Shown: positions 35,896-44,473, numbered from the stretch's first letter. The stretch: 64,000 nucleotides of DNA from a virus (IMGVR_UViG_3300038829_000114), one strand, 5' to 3'. Notes: generated by a model from the sequence alone, not told the origin. Program-made: numbers and translations.

Positions 35896-36687
35896 ATGCG
35901 TTTATTTTTGCTTGCTTTGATTGTTGTTATTGGCGGTGGTTGTTCTACGGTTGCGCCGGACCCTGGTTTTGAGGCCGTTATTGTACATAAGCCTGCCTTT
36001 ATTGGTAAAGGCGGTGTCGATAAAAATACTGTAAAAACAGGACGCACATATACGTGGATCACCTCTGAAAATATTGTGGTGAACATGCAACCACAGCTTT
36101 TCCAATTAAAATTTGATGACTTTATGACTAGTGACGGGGTTCCTTTGGATTTCGATGCAGCAATCCGTTTGCGGGTATCCGACGCTGTTTTGTTGGTGGA
36201 GAAATTTGGGCATAATTGGTACGATAATAACGTAGCAAATGAGTTAGCGCAACAAGCCCGACAAGCCGTGCGTAAACGAGGTTTGAACGAAACAGCTATT
36301 CAAACAACTGCTATTGATGCTATTGATAGCGAAGTTACTGAGAAAATGAAGGCATACTTTCAAACTATCGGACTACCAGTTATGCTTGAAAGTTTTTCTG
36401 TCGGAAAAGCTAATCCACCAGATTCTGTTAAAGACCAACGCATTGCCACTGCTGCACAGCAACAACGTATAATCACCGAACAAGAACGTAAGTTGGCAGA
36501 AGATAAGCGTAAGATGGCTGAAGAGAGTCGGGCTGCTGCTGACAATGCCTACCGTGAAAAAATGAAAATGTCCCCAGACCAGTTTCTTCAGCTTGAAGCT
36601 ATTAAAATGATGAATGAAGTTTGTAATGGTGGCAAATGCACGTTTATCAGTGACTCCGTTACGCCAACTTTTAACGTAAATAAGTGA
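35896..36687 (+). CDS. SPFH/band-7 (stomatin/prohibitin-like) domain lipoprotein
   Basis: Signal peptide plus Cys, then SPFH-like core (…FDAAIRLRVSDAVLLVEKFG…) and a coiled-coil C-terminal region. Confidence 0.65.
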   Translation: MRLFLLALIVVIGGGCSTVAPDPGFEAVIVHKPAFIGKGGVDKNTVKTGRTYTWITSENIVVNMQPQLFQLKFDDFMTSDGVPLDFDAAIRLRVSDAVLLVEKFGHNWYDNNVANELAQQARQAVRKRGLNETAIQTTAIDAIDSEVTEKMKAYFQTIGLPVMLESFSVGKANPPDSVKDQRIATAAQQQRIITEQERKLAEDKRKMAEESRAAADNAYREKMKMSPDQFLQLEAIKMMNEVCNGGKCTFISDSVTPTFNVNK

Positions 36688-36816
36688 AAAAACAAAACAC
36701 ATATTGGTGTCCACATTGTAAGAAAACAATGTTAAGAGACTACACAGCAAGGCGCAAACGTTCTTTTTGCGAAGCTACTGGAAAAGATGTCTGGATTTAC
36801 AAAAAGGTAAGAAAGC

Positions 36817-37182
36817 ATGCTCTCTAAATTTATAGTTGGTGGAAACAACACTCCGTTATCCATTTATGATAGCCCTAAGCGTTTATGTGCGCCTGGAGAG
36901 ATATACGTCTGTACCAAACCATTTTTGACACTAGCTAACAAAGTATACACTCCAGGCGATTTGTTTGTTGTCGTGGAAAGGACTTGGGAGTCTCCCTACG
37001 GATGGTACTCGTCTTTAGGTAATCTAAAGATAAAATGTAAATATATGACCAGTGTTTGGGGCGGTTTTGAGGCTATGATTATCGACGGATACTTTGTAGC
37101 ATGGCATAAAAACTCTATCAAAAATCTCCTTATTAAGCGTGTAGACGAGTTAAAAAATATGTTAGAGCTTATTGGAGAATAA
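36817..37182 (+). CDS. hypothetical protein
   Basis: ORF. Confidence 0.5.
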   Translation: MLSKFIVGGNNTPLSIYDSPKRLCAPGEIYVCTKPFLTLANKVYTPGDLFVVVERTWESPYGWYSSLGNLKIKCKYMTSVWGGFEAMIIDGYFVAWHKNSIKNLLIKRVDELKNMLELIGE

Positions 37183-37184
37183 TT

Positions 37185-37598
37185 ATGGGAACACGGGCAG
37201 ACTTTTACATTAAAACTAAGGATAAAGATTCAGACGATTTTGATTACGAGTGGTTAGGTAGTATTGGATGGGACGGATACCCTAGTGGCATAGATAAATC
37301 AATACTGAAGGCCACTAGAATAAAAGATTATCGCATTTTAGTAAAAGATTATATAGTTCAAGAGGGCGGTACTCTGCCTGAGCAAGGATGGCCATGGCCT
37401 TGGAAAACGTCTGCAACAACAGATTATGCCTATATTCTCTACAGAGGTAAGGTTTGGGCTTCTTGCTTTGGCGGGCTATTATTTGATCCGTTAAAGAGAG
37501 AACCAATGCCGCCTGAGTATCCAGATATGTCTGAGATTCAGAAGGTTGCACAAGCAGGTTCCCAACGATCTGGTTTGATAGCTATATCACAGATTTGA
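37185..37598 (+). CDS. hypothetical protein
   Basis: ORF. Confidence 0.5.
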   Translation: MGTRADFYIKTKDKDSDDFDYEWLGSIGWDGYPSGIDKSILKATRIKDYRILVKDYIVQEGGTLPEQGWPWPWKTSATTDYAYILYRGKVWASCFGGLLFDPLKREPMPPEYPDMSEIQKVAQAGSQRSGLIAISQI

Positions 37599-37646
37599 CA
37601 TTAACCAATTAATTTGTTATTATAATACAAAATAAAGGAGATTAGC

Positions 37647-37982
37647 ATGGGTGATCGTGCAAACGTTTTAGTTAAAGCAGATGATAAAGATTCCGGTGTA
37701 TATATCTATACACATTGGTCAGGAGAAGAACTTCCAAAACTTGTCCAAAAAGCATTGGCTAAGGAATGGCGGTGGGATGATGCCCAGTATTTGACTCGTA
37801 TTATCTATGATACAGTTGTTGGAAAAGAGTTTGGTACAGAGACCGGTTTTGGTATCTCAACGCAAGTTGGCGATGGGGATGATCGGGTCATTGAAGTAAA
37901 TTCAGACGCCGAGACCGTTAAACTAAACAAGAAAACCTACTCCTTTCAAGAGTATGTAGATTTAAAAAATCCTAAGTGGTAA
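37647..37982 (+). CDS. hypothetical protein
   Basis: RBS AAAGGAGATTAGCATG. Confidence 0.55.
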   Translation: MGDRANVLVKADDKDSGVYIYTHWSGEELPKLVQKALAKEWRWDDAQYLTRIIYDTVVGKEFGTETGFGISTQVGDGDDRVIEVNSDAETVKLNKKTYSFQEYVDLKNPKW

Positions 37983-37983
37983 C

Positions 37984-38241
37984 ATGGCTTTTTTATCAGA
38001 GTTAAAAAACGCTTTGGAGGACGCTCTTGCAGAGGCTAGAAATCTGCCTGAATCTCCACTACGCTCTAAGCTAGAACGGTTAAAAACCGTTTTTGAATTG
38101 TGGTCAACAACCAACACATTTCAAATGCCTGTTAAGGACAGTTTAGAAATTGATAGCTTTAAACATATTCCACCAATTCGTTTAAAAGATGGCGAACCTA
38201 CGGTTGGCGCTATATATGGGAATTTCGACAATGACATCTAA
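37984..38241 (+). CDS. hypothetical protein
   Basis: ORF. Confidence 0.45.
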   Translation: MAFLSELKNALEDALAEARNLPESPLRSKLERLKTVFELWSTTNTFQMPVKDSLEIDSFKHIPPIRLKDGEPTVGAIYGNFDNDI

Positions 38242-38770
38242 CCGGCCAATCATAGAGAATAAGCAACCAACATGGCTGACAAAATCTGAGGGCATAATTT
38301 TTGGAAGCCGTTGGTTACAAGCACCTCTGTATGTTGGACTTATTATAGCTCAGTGTGTTTATGTATTTAAGTTTATAGTAGAGTTGGTACATCTAGTTGG
38401 CTCAGCTAAGACACTGACTGAGAATGAGGTCATGCTATCCGTTCTTGCTTTAGTTGATATTGTTATGATTGCAAACCTGTTATTAATGGTTATTGTCGGC
38501 GGTTATGAAACTTTCGTAAGCCGACTTTATTTAGAGAAACATCCTGACAACCCAGAATGGTTAAGCCACGTTGACGCAGGCATTCTAAAAATAAAATTAG
38601 CTATGTCTCTAATAGGTATATCCTCAATTCATCTACTAAAAACATTTATTAACGTAAACAACATGACTAATTCAGCAATTTTCTGGCAAGTGGTTATTCA
38701 TGTAGTATTTATTTTTTCAGCTTATTTTCTCGCCAAAGTAGAACAAGTAACAAACCAAAAAGGATCATAG
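38189..38770 (+). CDS. YqhA/UPF0114-family membrane protein (the true start may be an internal ATG near 38231)
   Basis: FGSRWLQAPLYVGLIIAQCVYVFKFIVELVHLV is similar to the E. coli YqhA N-terminus ASRWLLAPVYFGL…. Confidence 0.6.
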   Translation: MANLRLALYMGISTMTSNRPIIENKQPTWLTKSEGIIFGSRWLQAPLYVGLIIAQCVYVFKFIVELVHLVGSAKTLTENEVMLSVLALVDIVMIANLLLMVIVGGYETFVSRLYLEKHPDNPEWLSHVDAGILKIKLAMSLIGISSIHLLKTFINVNNMTNSAIFWQVVIHVVFIFSAYFLAKVEQVTNQKGS

Positions 38771-38771
38771 T

Positions 38772-39701
38772 ATGTGGGACAACATTCGTAGAATTAATTC
38801 GTCTGATAAAAATGTAGCAAAGTTTGTTTTTGAGATGGGTACTGCTGTGGCGGAATCAGTGCTATACAAATACCCTACCTATGAAGATCGAACGGTTATT
38901 TGTTGCTCAACAATGAGTGGTTGTCCAATTGGTTGTCGCTTTTGTGGTGCAGGTGATAACTTTGTTCGATCATTAAATGCCGATGAGATTATATCGCAGC
39001 CAGTATACTTGCTAGATCAAACAGGTGTTGACCCAAACGCTATGACGCGGCTACAGATTATGTTTATGTCTATGGGTGAACCTATGCTTAATCTAAAGCA
39101 CCTTATCCCGGCGCTGGAGACACTGTATGCCAAATATCCAAAGGCAGCATTGCTTGTATCCACATCTGGTCCTGATATTGATTACAGCGATTTTAATGAG
39201 GTATCTAAAGCCATCCCAACAATCGGTCTACAATTCTCTGTGCATGAATCTACAGATGAAGCTAGAGATAAGTTGATCCCGTTTAGTAAGAAGCTGTCTT
39301 TGACACAAATTTCTACTGTAGGCAAGGATTGGTATAAAGCTACTGGCCGTCAACCGTTCTTTAACTATTGCGTACATGAAAACAACAATACATATGCAGA
39401 TGTAAACCGATTGTCTCATTTGTTTGACCCGTCTGTTTGGCAAGCTACAATATCTGTGATTTGTGAGCGTAACGAATCCATTGCTGCCGCGAACGAACGC
39501 CAGCGGGGGCTTGCCTCTGACTTTATGAGTAAGATGTTAAATAATAACTACTCTGTTCGTATGTTTGATCCTGCTGGACAAGATGATATTGGCGGCGGCT
39601 GCGGGCAGCTTTGGTTTGTGCAAGACTGGATGAAGAAAAATCCACACTTGGCCAAGCCATCTGTCGGTTATGGATTGCCGATGGTACATACCCCGGCGTA
39701 A
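38772..39701 (+). CDS. RlmN/Cfr-family radical-SAM RNA methyltransferase-like protein
   Basis: CX3CX2C (CPIGCRFC). Also MSMGEPMLN, STSG, S(V)HESTDEARDKLIP and the C-terminal GGGCGQL conserved-Cys motif, colinear with RlmN. Confidence 0.7.
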   Translation: MWDNIRRINSSDKNVAKFVFEMGTAVAESVLYKYPTYEDRTVICCSTMSGCPIGCRFCGAGDNFVRSLNADEIISQPVYLLDQTGVDPNAMTRLQIMFMSMGEPMLNLKHLIPALETLYAKYPKAALLVSTSGPDIDYSDFNEVSKAIPTIGLQFSVHESTDEARDKLIPFSKKLSLTQISTVGKDWYKATGRQPFFNYCVHENNNTYADVNRLSHLFDPSVWQATISVICERNESIAAANERQRGLASDFMSKMLNNNYSVRMFDPAGQDDIGGGCGQLWFVQDWMKKNPHLAKPSVGYGLPMVHTPA

Positions 39702-39747
39702 ATGTTATCAAAAAGTAAATAACTATACTAATTAGTGAGGATTTAAT

Positions 39748-40020
39748 ATGAGTAAAAAAGGAAAACCAAAGGAGCTAAAATTTCTGTTAGCTGTGACAGA
39801 AAAACTCAATAATAAAAACGATCTTGGTAATTTAATAGAATCTGGTTCATCAGATTTTGAATTGGGAGAACCTGGTCAATCTCCAGAGGATGTGGCAGAA
39901 AGACTTGCTGGTAACGAGCCGGAATCTATCTTTGTATATGAGATTTCAATTAAAAGAGTGGAGAGCTTCGGCGTTGAAAGTGAGCCTGTTCTAATTCCGT
40001 GTGGAGTTGATTATGAGTAA
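39748..40020 (+). CDS. hypothetical acidic protein
   Basis: RBS GTGAGGA. Confidence 0.5.
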   Translation: MSKKGKPKELKFLLAVTEKLNNKNDLGNLIESGSSDFELGEPGQSPEDVAERLAGNEPESIFVYEISIKRVESFGVESEPVLIPCGVDYE

Positions 40021-40258
40021 GAAAAAACTGAAAGCCAATCTACAATATTATGCTTTTACAGTGGTTGATGATGAGCTAGATAATAATATTTTTTCAGTAT
40101 TGTCTGAGGAAGACGGTTGGTGGGGAGAGACTGAAGAAGATGCCGTAAAAGAGTTGTTAGATAATCAAGAGGTAGAGAAAGATACTAAGATTGAAGTCTA
40201 TAAACTTGGTGCAGAGTTGGTAGGTAAATTTAAGTTTAGATTAACTAAAACGGAGTAG
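40013..40258 (+). CDS. hypothetical acidic protein
   Basis: RBS GGAG before ATG 40013. Confidence 0.5.
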   Translation: MSKKKLKANLQYYAFTVVDDELDNNIFSVLSEEDGWWGETEEDAVKELLDNQEVEKDTKIEVYKLGAELVGKFKFRLTKTE

Positions 40259-40262
40259 TTTT

Positions 40263-40517
40263 ATGGAAAAAGTTATTGGAACGTGTTCAGAATGTCATGG
40301 TAGGGTTTGTATTAGTTTTCCTTGGCATTCTGTGTTACCACAAATCCCACGTTGTATTGATTGTGGGGCTACTATGGCGAAACCACATGGGCCGGTGATA
40401 CCAATGGTACCACGAGAAGACCATTATAAGGATGAGACCCCACATCCGGGATGGTCAAAAGAGCTAAGCCCGTGGGAGTGGCCGGAAATAACGTTTTTTC
40501 AGAAAACGTGGTGTTAG
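40263..40517 (+). CDS. zinc-ribbon protein
   Basis: CSECHGRVC…CIDCG. Confidence 0.5.
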   Translation: MEKVIGTCSECHGRVCISFPWHSVLPQIPRCIDCGATMAKPHGPVIPMVPREDHYKDETPHPGWSKELSPWEWPEITFFQKTWC

Positions 40518-40521
40518 CCAC

Positions 40522-40550
40522 TTGACAAAGTAATAAAAGTTTGCTAATAT
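40522..40550 (+). promoter_or_regulatory. sigma70-like promoter TTGACA-17-TAATAT; duplicate of the promoter at 2384
   Basis: Core CTTGACAAAGTAATA is identical to 2383-2397. Confidence 0.55.
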
Positions 40551-40555
40551 AGTCT

Positions 40556-40813
40556 TATATGATATTTTGATCCGATGGACGTTTAAGTTAATAGCTACTC
40601 TGTGTACAAAGGGTAGCTAGTCTTGGCAATGAGATAGACATTAACATTGCCCGCAGGTTAAAGGTTAGGTTTTGAATCCTTTCTCCTGCGTGACCAAAAA
40701 ACCACCATTCCACTTAAAATTGAAGAAACAATCCTTTTGTGGGATACCTTTGTCTAGGGTTCGACAAAATTTAAATTATGTGATATTATTAAGAGCAATA
40801 ATAGGAGAACAAT
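40556..40813 (+). promoter_or_regulatory. long (~260 nt) structured 5' leader or ncRNA preceding the DUF1399 gene
   Basis: Three consecutive 6-7-bp stem-loops (tagctac/gtagcta; ggcaatg/cattgcc; cgcagg/cctgcg), an A-tract, and no ORF. Confidence 0.35.
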
Positions 40814-41449
40814 ATGATTTGGATTATTAGCGGCGCTATTCTTATTTTTGGAGTTGTGATTTGGGCAATGGCTGTATCGACAGAGCCTGAAAAAGTAACG
40901 GACTATGATTTGGTTAAGAGAATTAATAGGATTGACTTTAAGCCTATTGAAAAACTGCTTGAGAAGAAGAAAAATTGGGATCGAGCTAAAATTGACATCA
41001 ACATCGTTGAGTATAAAAAATTCTTGTTTTTGGTTGGTGCGAACTTAGGGCACACAATCGTACCGTTTAATGATGACGTAGATGAAGTTTGGCATATGCA
41101 CTTGCTAGACTCCGCAAAATACCGCCTGGATTGTATTAATGTCTTTGGACGCATTATTGACCACAATCCTCACTTATATGTTGGGATACCTAAACAGGTT
41201 GATGGACATAAAAAAACACAGCAGCTTTATAAAAACATGTCTCCTTCAGTTAGGGCTACATTAGACTCCCGCCATTATAACAGCAGGAGAAATACCACTG
41301 ACGACTACAGTACAACCTATATTCCAAGTAGCTGTAGTTCTGACAGTCCTAGCAAGGCAGCGTCATGTGGTGCCTCTTGTAACAGCGGCGCTTCTTGTGG
41401 TGGAGCATCTTGCGGAGGTGGGGGTTGCGGCGGCGGTTGCGGTGCATAA
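40814..41449 (+). CDS. DUF1399 (glycine-rich-domain protein)-like membrane-anchored protein with a Cys/Gly/Ser-rich C-terminal tail
   Basis: VPFNDDVDEVWHMHLLDSAKYRLDC…IDHNP resembles the DUF1399 core (DIDLIWHTHQL…Y..DC). Tail SCGASCNSGASCGGASCGGGGCGGGCGA. Confidence 0.55.
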   Translation: MIWIISGAILIFGVVIWAMAVSTEPEKVTDYDLVKRINRIDFKPIEKLLEKKKNWDRAKIDINIVEYKKFLFLVGANLGHTIVPFNDDVDEVWHMHLLDSAKYRLDCINVFGRIIDHNPHLYVGIPKQVDGHKKTQQLYKNMSPSVRATLDSRHYNSRRNTTDDYSTTYIPSSCSSDSPSKAASCGASCNSGASCGGASCGGGGCGGGCGA

Positions 41450-41838
41450 TGAAATACGATAAATATATAGGCCATCCTGTAGACGTTTATTTTAATCTAC
41501 ATAAACGGGTATGGAGTGTGCGGTCTCGAAAAACCAATAAGATTATTTTACACACACCACAAGCCGCAGTCAAAGATGTAAAGTTTGTTGTCAGGGAATC
41601 TGGGCGCAAACGTGTTTTAAAAGAAAAAAGAAAAAACGTACACGCTTTTGTTCGTGGAATTTTAGCTGATTTTCACAATAACACTGACGGGAGTGTTACC
41701 CACTTTACGAGGGTTCATTATAACCCTTTCCGAGCAGGGTATTTTTTTACCGAAATAACAAACCCAGTACATAACGCTAGCTTGGTTGTTATGGGCAAAT
41801 TTGAAGACGCAGATTGTTGGGCAACCGGACTTACATAA
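41449..41838 (+). CDS. hypothetical protein
   Basis: TAATG overlap start. Confidence 0.5.
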   Translation: MKYDKYIGHPVDVYFNLHKRVWSVRSRKTNKIILHTPQAAVKDVKFVVRESGRKRVLKEKRKNVHAFVRGILADFHNNTDGSVTHFTRVHYNPFRAGYFFTEITNPVHNASLVVMGKFEDADCWATGLT

Positions 41839-41849
41839 GGAGAATTTTT

Positions 41850-42056
41850 ATGTTACACGAAGTAAAACCCGGATCATTTGTATTACCTTTTGAAATATGT
41901 GCTGTTTTTAAAAGTGGTGATAAGGTATTAAACTGGACATATACAAAAAATGGGGTAACTCACAGCGATTATTTTGAAACGGAAACAGAGCGCGACAATG
42001 CGCTGGATGTTTTAGTTAAAGCAGTAAACGACTCACAACCTATGAAAATTGAGTAG
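41850..42056 (+). CDS. hypothetical protein
   Basis: RBS TAAGGAGAA. Confidence 0.5.
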   Translation: MLHEVKPGSFVLPFEICAVFKSGDKVLNWTYTKNGVTHSDYFETETERDNALDVLVKAVNDSQPMKIE

Positions 42057-42116
42057 GTTGCACAAAAAATAAACTTGTGTTACTATACATAAAGTAACAA
42101 AACAAAGGAGTTACAT

Positions 42117-42446
42117 ATGTTGAATAAGATTTATCATTTGCGTCGTAAGGATGAGAACGGAATTAGCAACCAAGGCGGTGTCACGATTGTCGCAAAGCTG
42201 TTGCCTAACCACCGTACAGTATTTGCCTCGTTTGCTGTTTGCAATGGCAACGATAATTTCTCCCGTAAGATTGGGCGAAGTATTGCTGAAGGCCGCTTAA
42301 AGAACGGTATTGGCTTTAAGGTTTCACATCGCCGTGACCAAAAACTTATCGAAGATATTTTGTTTGCTAAGAACTTTAAACTAGTTGGTATCAGCCGCGC
42401 TCAGGAAGAAACTCTTAGCGAAGCATTGTTCGCTGCTGGGTTATGA
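42117..42446 (+). CDS. hypothetical protein
   Basis: RBS AAAGGAG. Confidence 0.55.
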   Translation: MLNKIYHLRRKDENGISNQGGVTIVAKLLPNHRTVFASFAVCNGNDNFSRKIGRSIAEGRLKNGIGFKVSHRRDQKLIEDILFAKNFKLVGISRAQEETLSEALFAAGL

Positions 42447-42448
42447 TA

Positions 42449-42478
42449 TTGACAACAATAGTTATTATCTGATATAAT
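42449..42478 (+). promoter_or_regulatory. sigma70-like promoter TTGACA-18-TATAAT for the tRNA-Arg pair
   Basis: -35 at 42449-54 and -10 at 42473-78; the first tRNA begins 9 nt later. Confidence 0.55.
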
Positions 42479-42486
42479 AATTGTAG

Positions 42487-42555
42487 GCCCATGGTAATAG
42501 GATACAGGCGAATCTTCTAAATTTGCCGTTGGACGTTCGAGTCGTCTCGTGGGCA
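42487..42555 (+). tRNA. tRNA-Arg (anticodon TCT), compact with a short D-arm
   Basis: Acceptor GCCCATG/CGTGGGC (one G·U pair), anticodon stem CGAAT/ATTTG, loop CTTCTAA, T-arm GGACG-TTCGAGT-CGTCT. Confidence 0.6.
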
Positions 42556-42559
42556 ACAT

Positions 42560-42630
42560 GGCCTAGCTATCTGGATGTAGGCGCGAATTTCCTAAATTTG
42601 CTGCGGTAGGTTCAAATCCTATCTAGGCCG
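42560..42630 (+). tRNA. tRNA-Arg (anticodon CCT)
   Basis: Acceptor GGCCTAG/CTAGGCC (perfect), anticodon stem CGAAT/ATTTG, loop TTCCTAA, T-arm GTAGG-TTCAAAT-CCTAT. Confidence 0.65.
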
Positions 42631-42648
42631 AATTAAAGTAGGTAAAAA

Positions 42649-42984
42649 ATGGTAGACATCGTAGAACCAAAATTACTCTGGGAACTCCTAGTCCCAACAA
42701 TACATAGTGAGACGGGTAAACCAATCCGTACTCGTTTCCACAGAGTATGGGACACCAAAGTTCGTGCCATATCTGGCGGATTAACAATCTTACAGCCTGC
42801 TAAGGGTCAGTGGATTTCCATGGAAGGTGAGTTGTTTAGTGAACGAATGATACCTGTCCGCATTATGTGTACTTGGAGTGAGATTAATAAAATATCTGAC
42901 ATGACAGCAGCCTACTACAAACAAAAAGCTGTTATGTTTTATAAACTTACTCAAGATGTACACATTAAACATTACACAAGCTGA
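42649..42984 (+). CDS. hypothetical protein
   Basis: ORF. Confidence 0.55.
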   Translation: MVDIVEPKLLWELLVPTIHSETGKPIRTRFHRVWDTKVRAISGGLTILQPAKGQWISMEGELFSERMIPVRIMCTWSEINKISDMTAAYYKQKAVMFYKLTQDVHIKHYTS

Positions 42985-42992
42985 GGTGGTAT

Positions 42993-43256
42993 ATGGACTG
43001 GGATTATTACAAAATTGGTGGTGAAAAGTGTTCAGAGAAAGACCCTAACCTGCAAAGAGCCGAGGGTTACATTGGTAACTTTAAATTAGAGCTTGATAGA
43101 ACAAACAACACTAAATTTGTTGGTTACATTAATGGTTGCCCTGAAATTTCTGGCGACACTTTAGATATTGCAAAAAAACATCTTGTTGCACAAGCTATAG
43201 TTCTATCGCTAGTTACACTAGACGCGCTTAAAGAATACTACTTGACAATACAATAA
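42993..43256 (+). CDS. hypothetical protein
   Basis: RBS GAGGTGG. Confidence 0.5.
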   Translation: MDWDYYKIGGEKCSEKDPNLQRAEGYIGNFKLELDRTNNTKFVGYINGCPEISGDTLDIAKKHLVAQAIVLSLVTLDALKEYYLTIQ

Positions 43257-43270
43257 AAACCTGCTATACT
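43242..43270 (+). promoter_or_regulatory. sigma70-like promoter TTGACA-17-(TG)TATACT
   Basis: -35 at 43242-47 and an extended -10 at 43262-70. Confidence 0.5.
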
Positions 43271-43276
43271 CTGTAA

Positions 43277-43745
43277 CTGACAATTTGGTGTTTGGTTGAA
43301 CAAGGGGTCGCCAGCCCCTAAAACATGTAACCATCGGCTGAAAAGCATGATGGAGACAGTAGCAAAAACCAACGAAGCATAAAGCTAAAAAAACAACGGT
43401 TGTACAACCGTTAGTTTCGTAAGAACCGGGCAAATCGACTAATACTTGATGGCTGTATCCGGTTGGAGGGAACCGTACCTCCCCTTCGCACAGAGTGGGC
43501 GTGATTAACCTGCTTGAAGGTGGCTGAATAATGCGCTGTGGTAGGAAGCTTGAGGGTAATCAATAGTCCCTTAACACCCGGTTGTCGTTTAATAGTTTTA
43601 GCGAACCTTACTAGGGTGTAGCGTGGAGACAGGACTAGTGACCTGAAAGAGTAACCACAACTAAAACTATTTGGGCGGAAACTAAGCCCTGGAGACACTC
43701 ACGCTTTATGCCACTCTGTCGTGTCTCTAGGGCTTTTTGTTTTTT
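43277..43745 (+). ncRNA. candidate ~470-nt structured noncoding RNA (alternatively a replication-origin-like region), bounded by a promoter and a strong terminator
   Basis: 530-bp gap with no ORF. Hairpins ggggtcgccagcccc and aacaacggttgtacaaccgtt. Ends in the stem GCCCTGGAGACAC…GTGTCTCTAGGGC + TTTTTGTTTTTT. Confidence 0.4.
43686..43745 (+). terminator. rho-independent terminator (13-bp stem built from the GGAGACAC/GTGTCTC motif + T-run)
   Basis: Perfect inverted repeat followed by TTTTTGTTTTTT. Confidence 0.7.
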
Positions 43746-43790
43746 GACGTAAAAATAATTTCTGGTATAATGTAATAACTGGAGATTCAA

Positions 43791-44177
43791 ATGACAAAAA
43801 AACATCCTCTACAACCGCTTGAACTTGATAAGAACGGTGTGCTTCGATTTAAACAAAACAAAATTGTAAATACGCTTCTCGAATGCGCCAGCGCGGGTAA
43901 GAAGCTAGACCTTAACGACATTGCTATGATAGATTTTTCACAGGAAGATAGGGCGCAGTTCGCTCAGTTAATCGGCTATTCCCTGTCTGGTTATGGTGAT
44001 CTATCTTATGTGGATAATGAGACTTACGATGCCGCTGATAAAACATACAGAGAAGGTTTAACAGAGTCCGAAGCTCGTATTAAAGACCTTGAAGAAAAAC
44101 TTGCTTCAGTCAGGGAGCAGGTCAGAGACTTGGCTCCAACATTGTTTAGAATATCCCCAGACGATTTGGAGGAATAA
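43791..44177 (+). CDS. hypothetical protein
   Basis: RBS CTGGAGA. Confidence 0.55.
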   Translation: MTKKHPLQPLELDKNGVLRFKQNKIVNTLLECASAGKKLDLNDIAMIDFSQEDRAQFAQLIGYSLSGYGDLSYVDNETYDAADKTYREGLTESEARIKDLEEKLASVREQVRDLAPTLFRISPDDLEE

Positions 44178-44473
44178 TGAATACTGCATATATGTATACC
44201 TGGACTGAATACGAACGTGGTTGGGGACAGCGGCCTGATGGAGCATCTCTCCATGTTTCTGAAGATGTTGCAAAAAAATATATAAAGGATTATTGGGACA
44301 GACAGCCCAAGAAAGTTCCTGATGACTATTCAAAAGAAGACCAGTCAACTCCTATGAAAGTCAAAGTATCTGACCAACTTTTTGAACAGATTAGTAAAAC
44401 AGGTTCTCTTATGCTATGGCAAGGCGAGTTTAACAAGTTGAGAACAGCAGAAGAGATTTTAAAGGTTCTATAA
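44177..44473 (+). CDS. hypothetical protein
   Basis: ATGA overlap. Confidence 0.5.
   Translation: MNTAYMYTWTEYERGWGQRPDGASLHVSEDVAKKYIKDYWDRQPKKVPDDYSKEDQSTPMKVKVSDQLFEQISKTGSLMLWQGEFNKLRTAEEILKVL

Noticed and set aside
36688-36822. GTG-initiated 44-aa zinc-ribbon ORF after the SPFH gene
   Set aside because: It has a non-ATG start with no RBS and overlaps the next gene's start. It is possible but unsupported, so it is not listed as a feature.
40590-40700. tRNA-like or tmRNA-like element in the 40.5-kb leader (…CCTGCGTGACCA end)
   Set aside because: I could not fold an acceptor/T-arm cloverleaf. Only simple 6–7-bp hairpins are present, and there is no TΨC-loop consensus.
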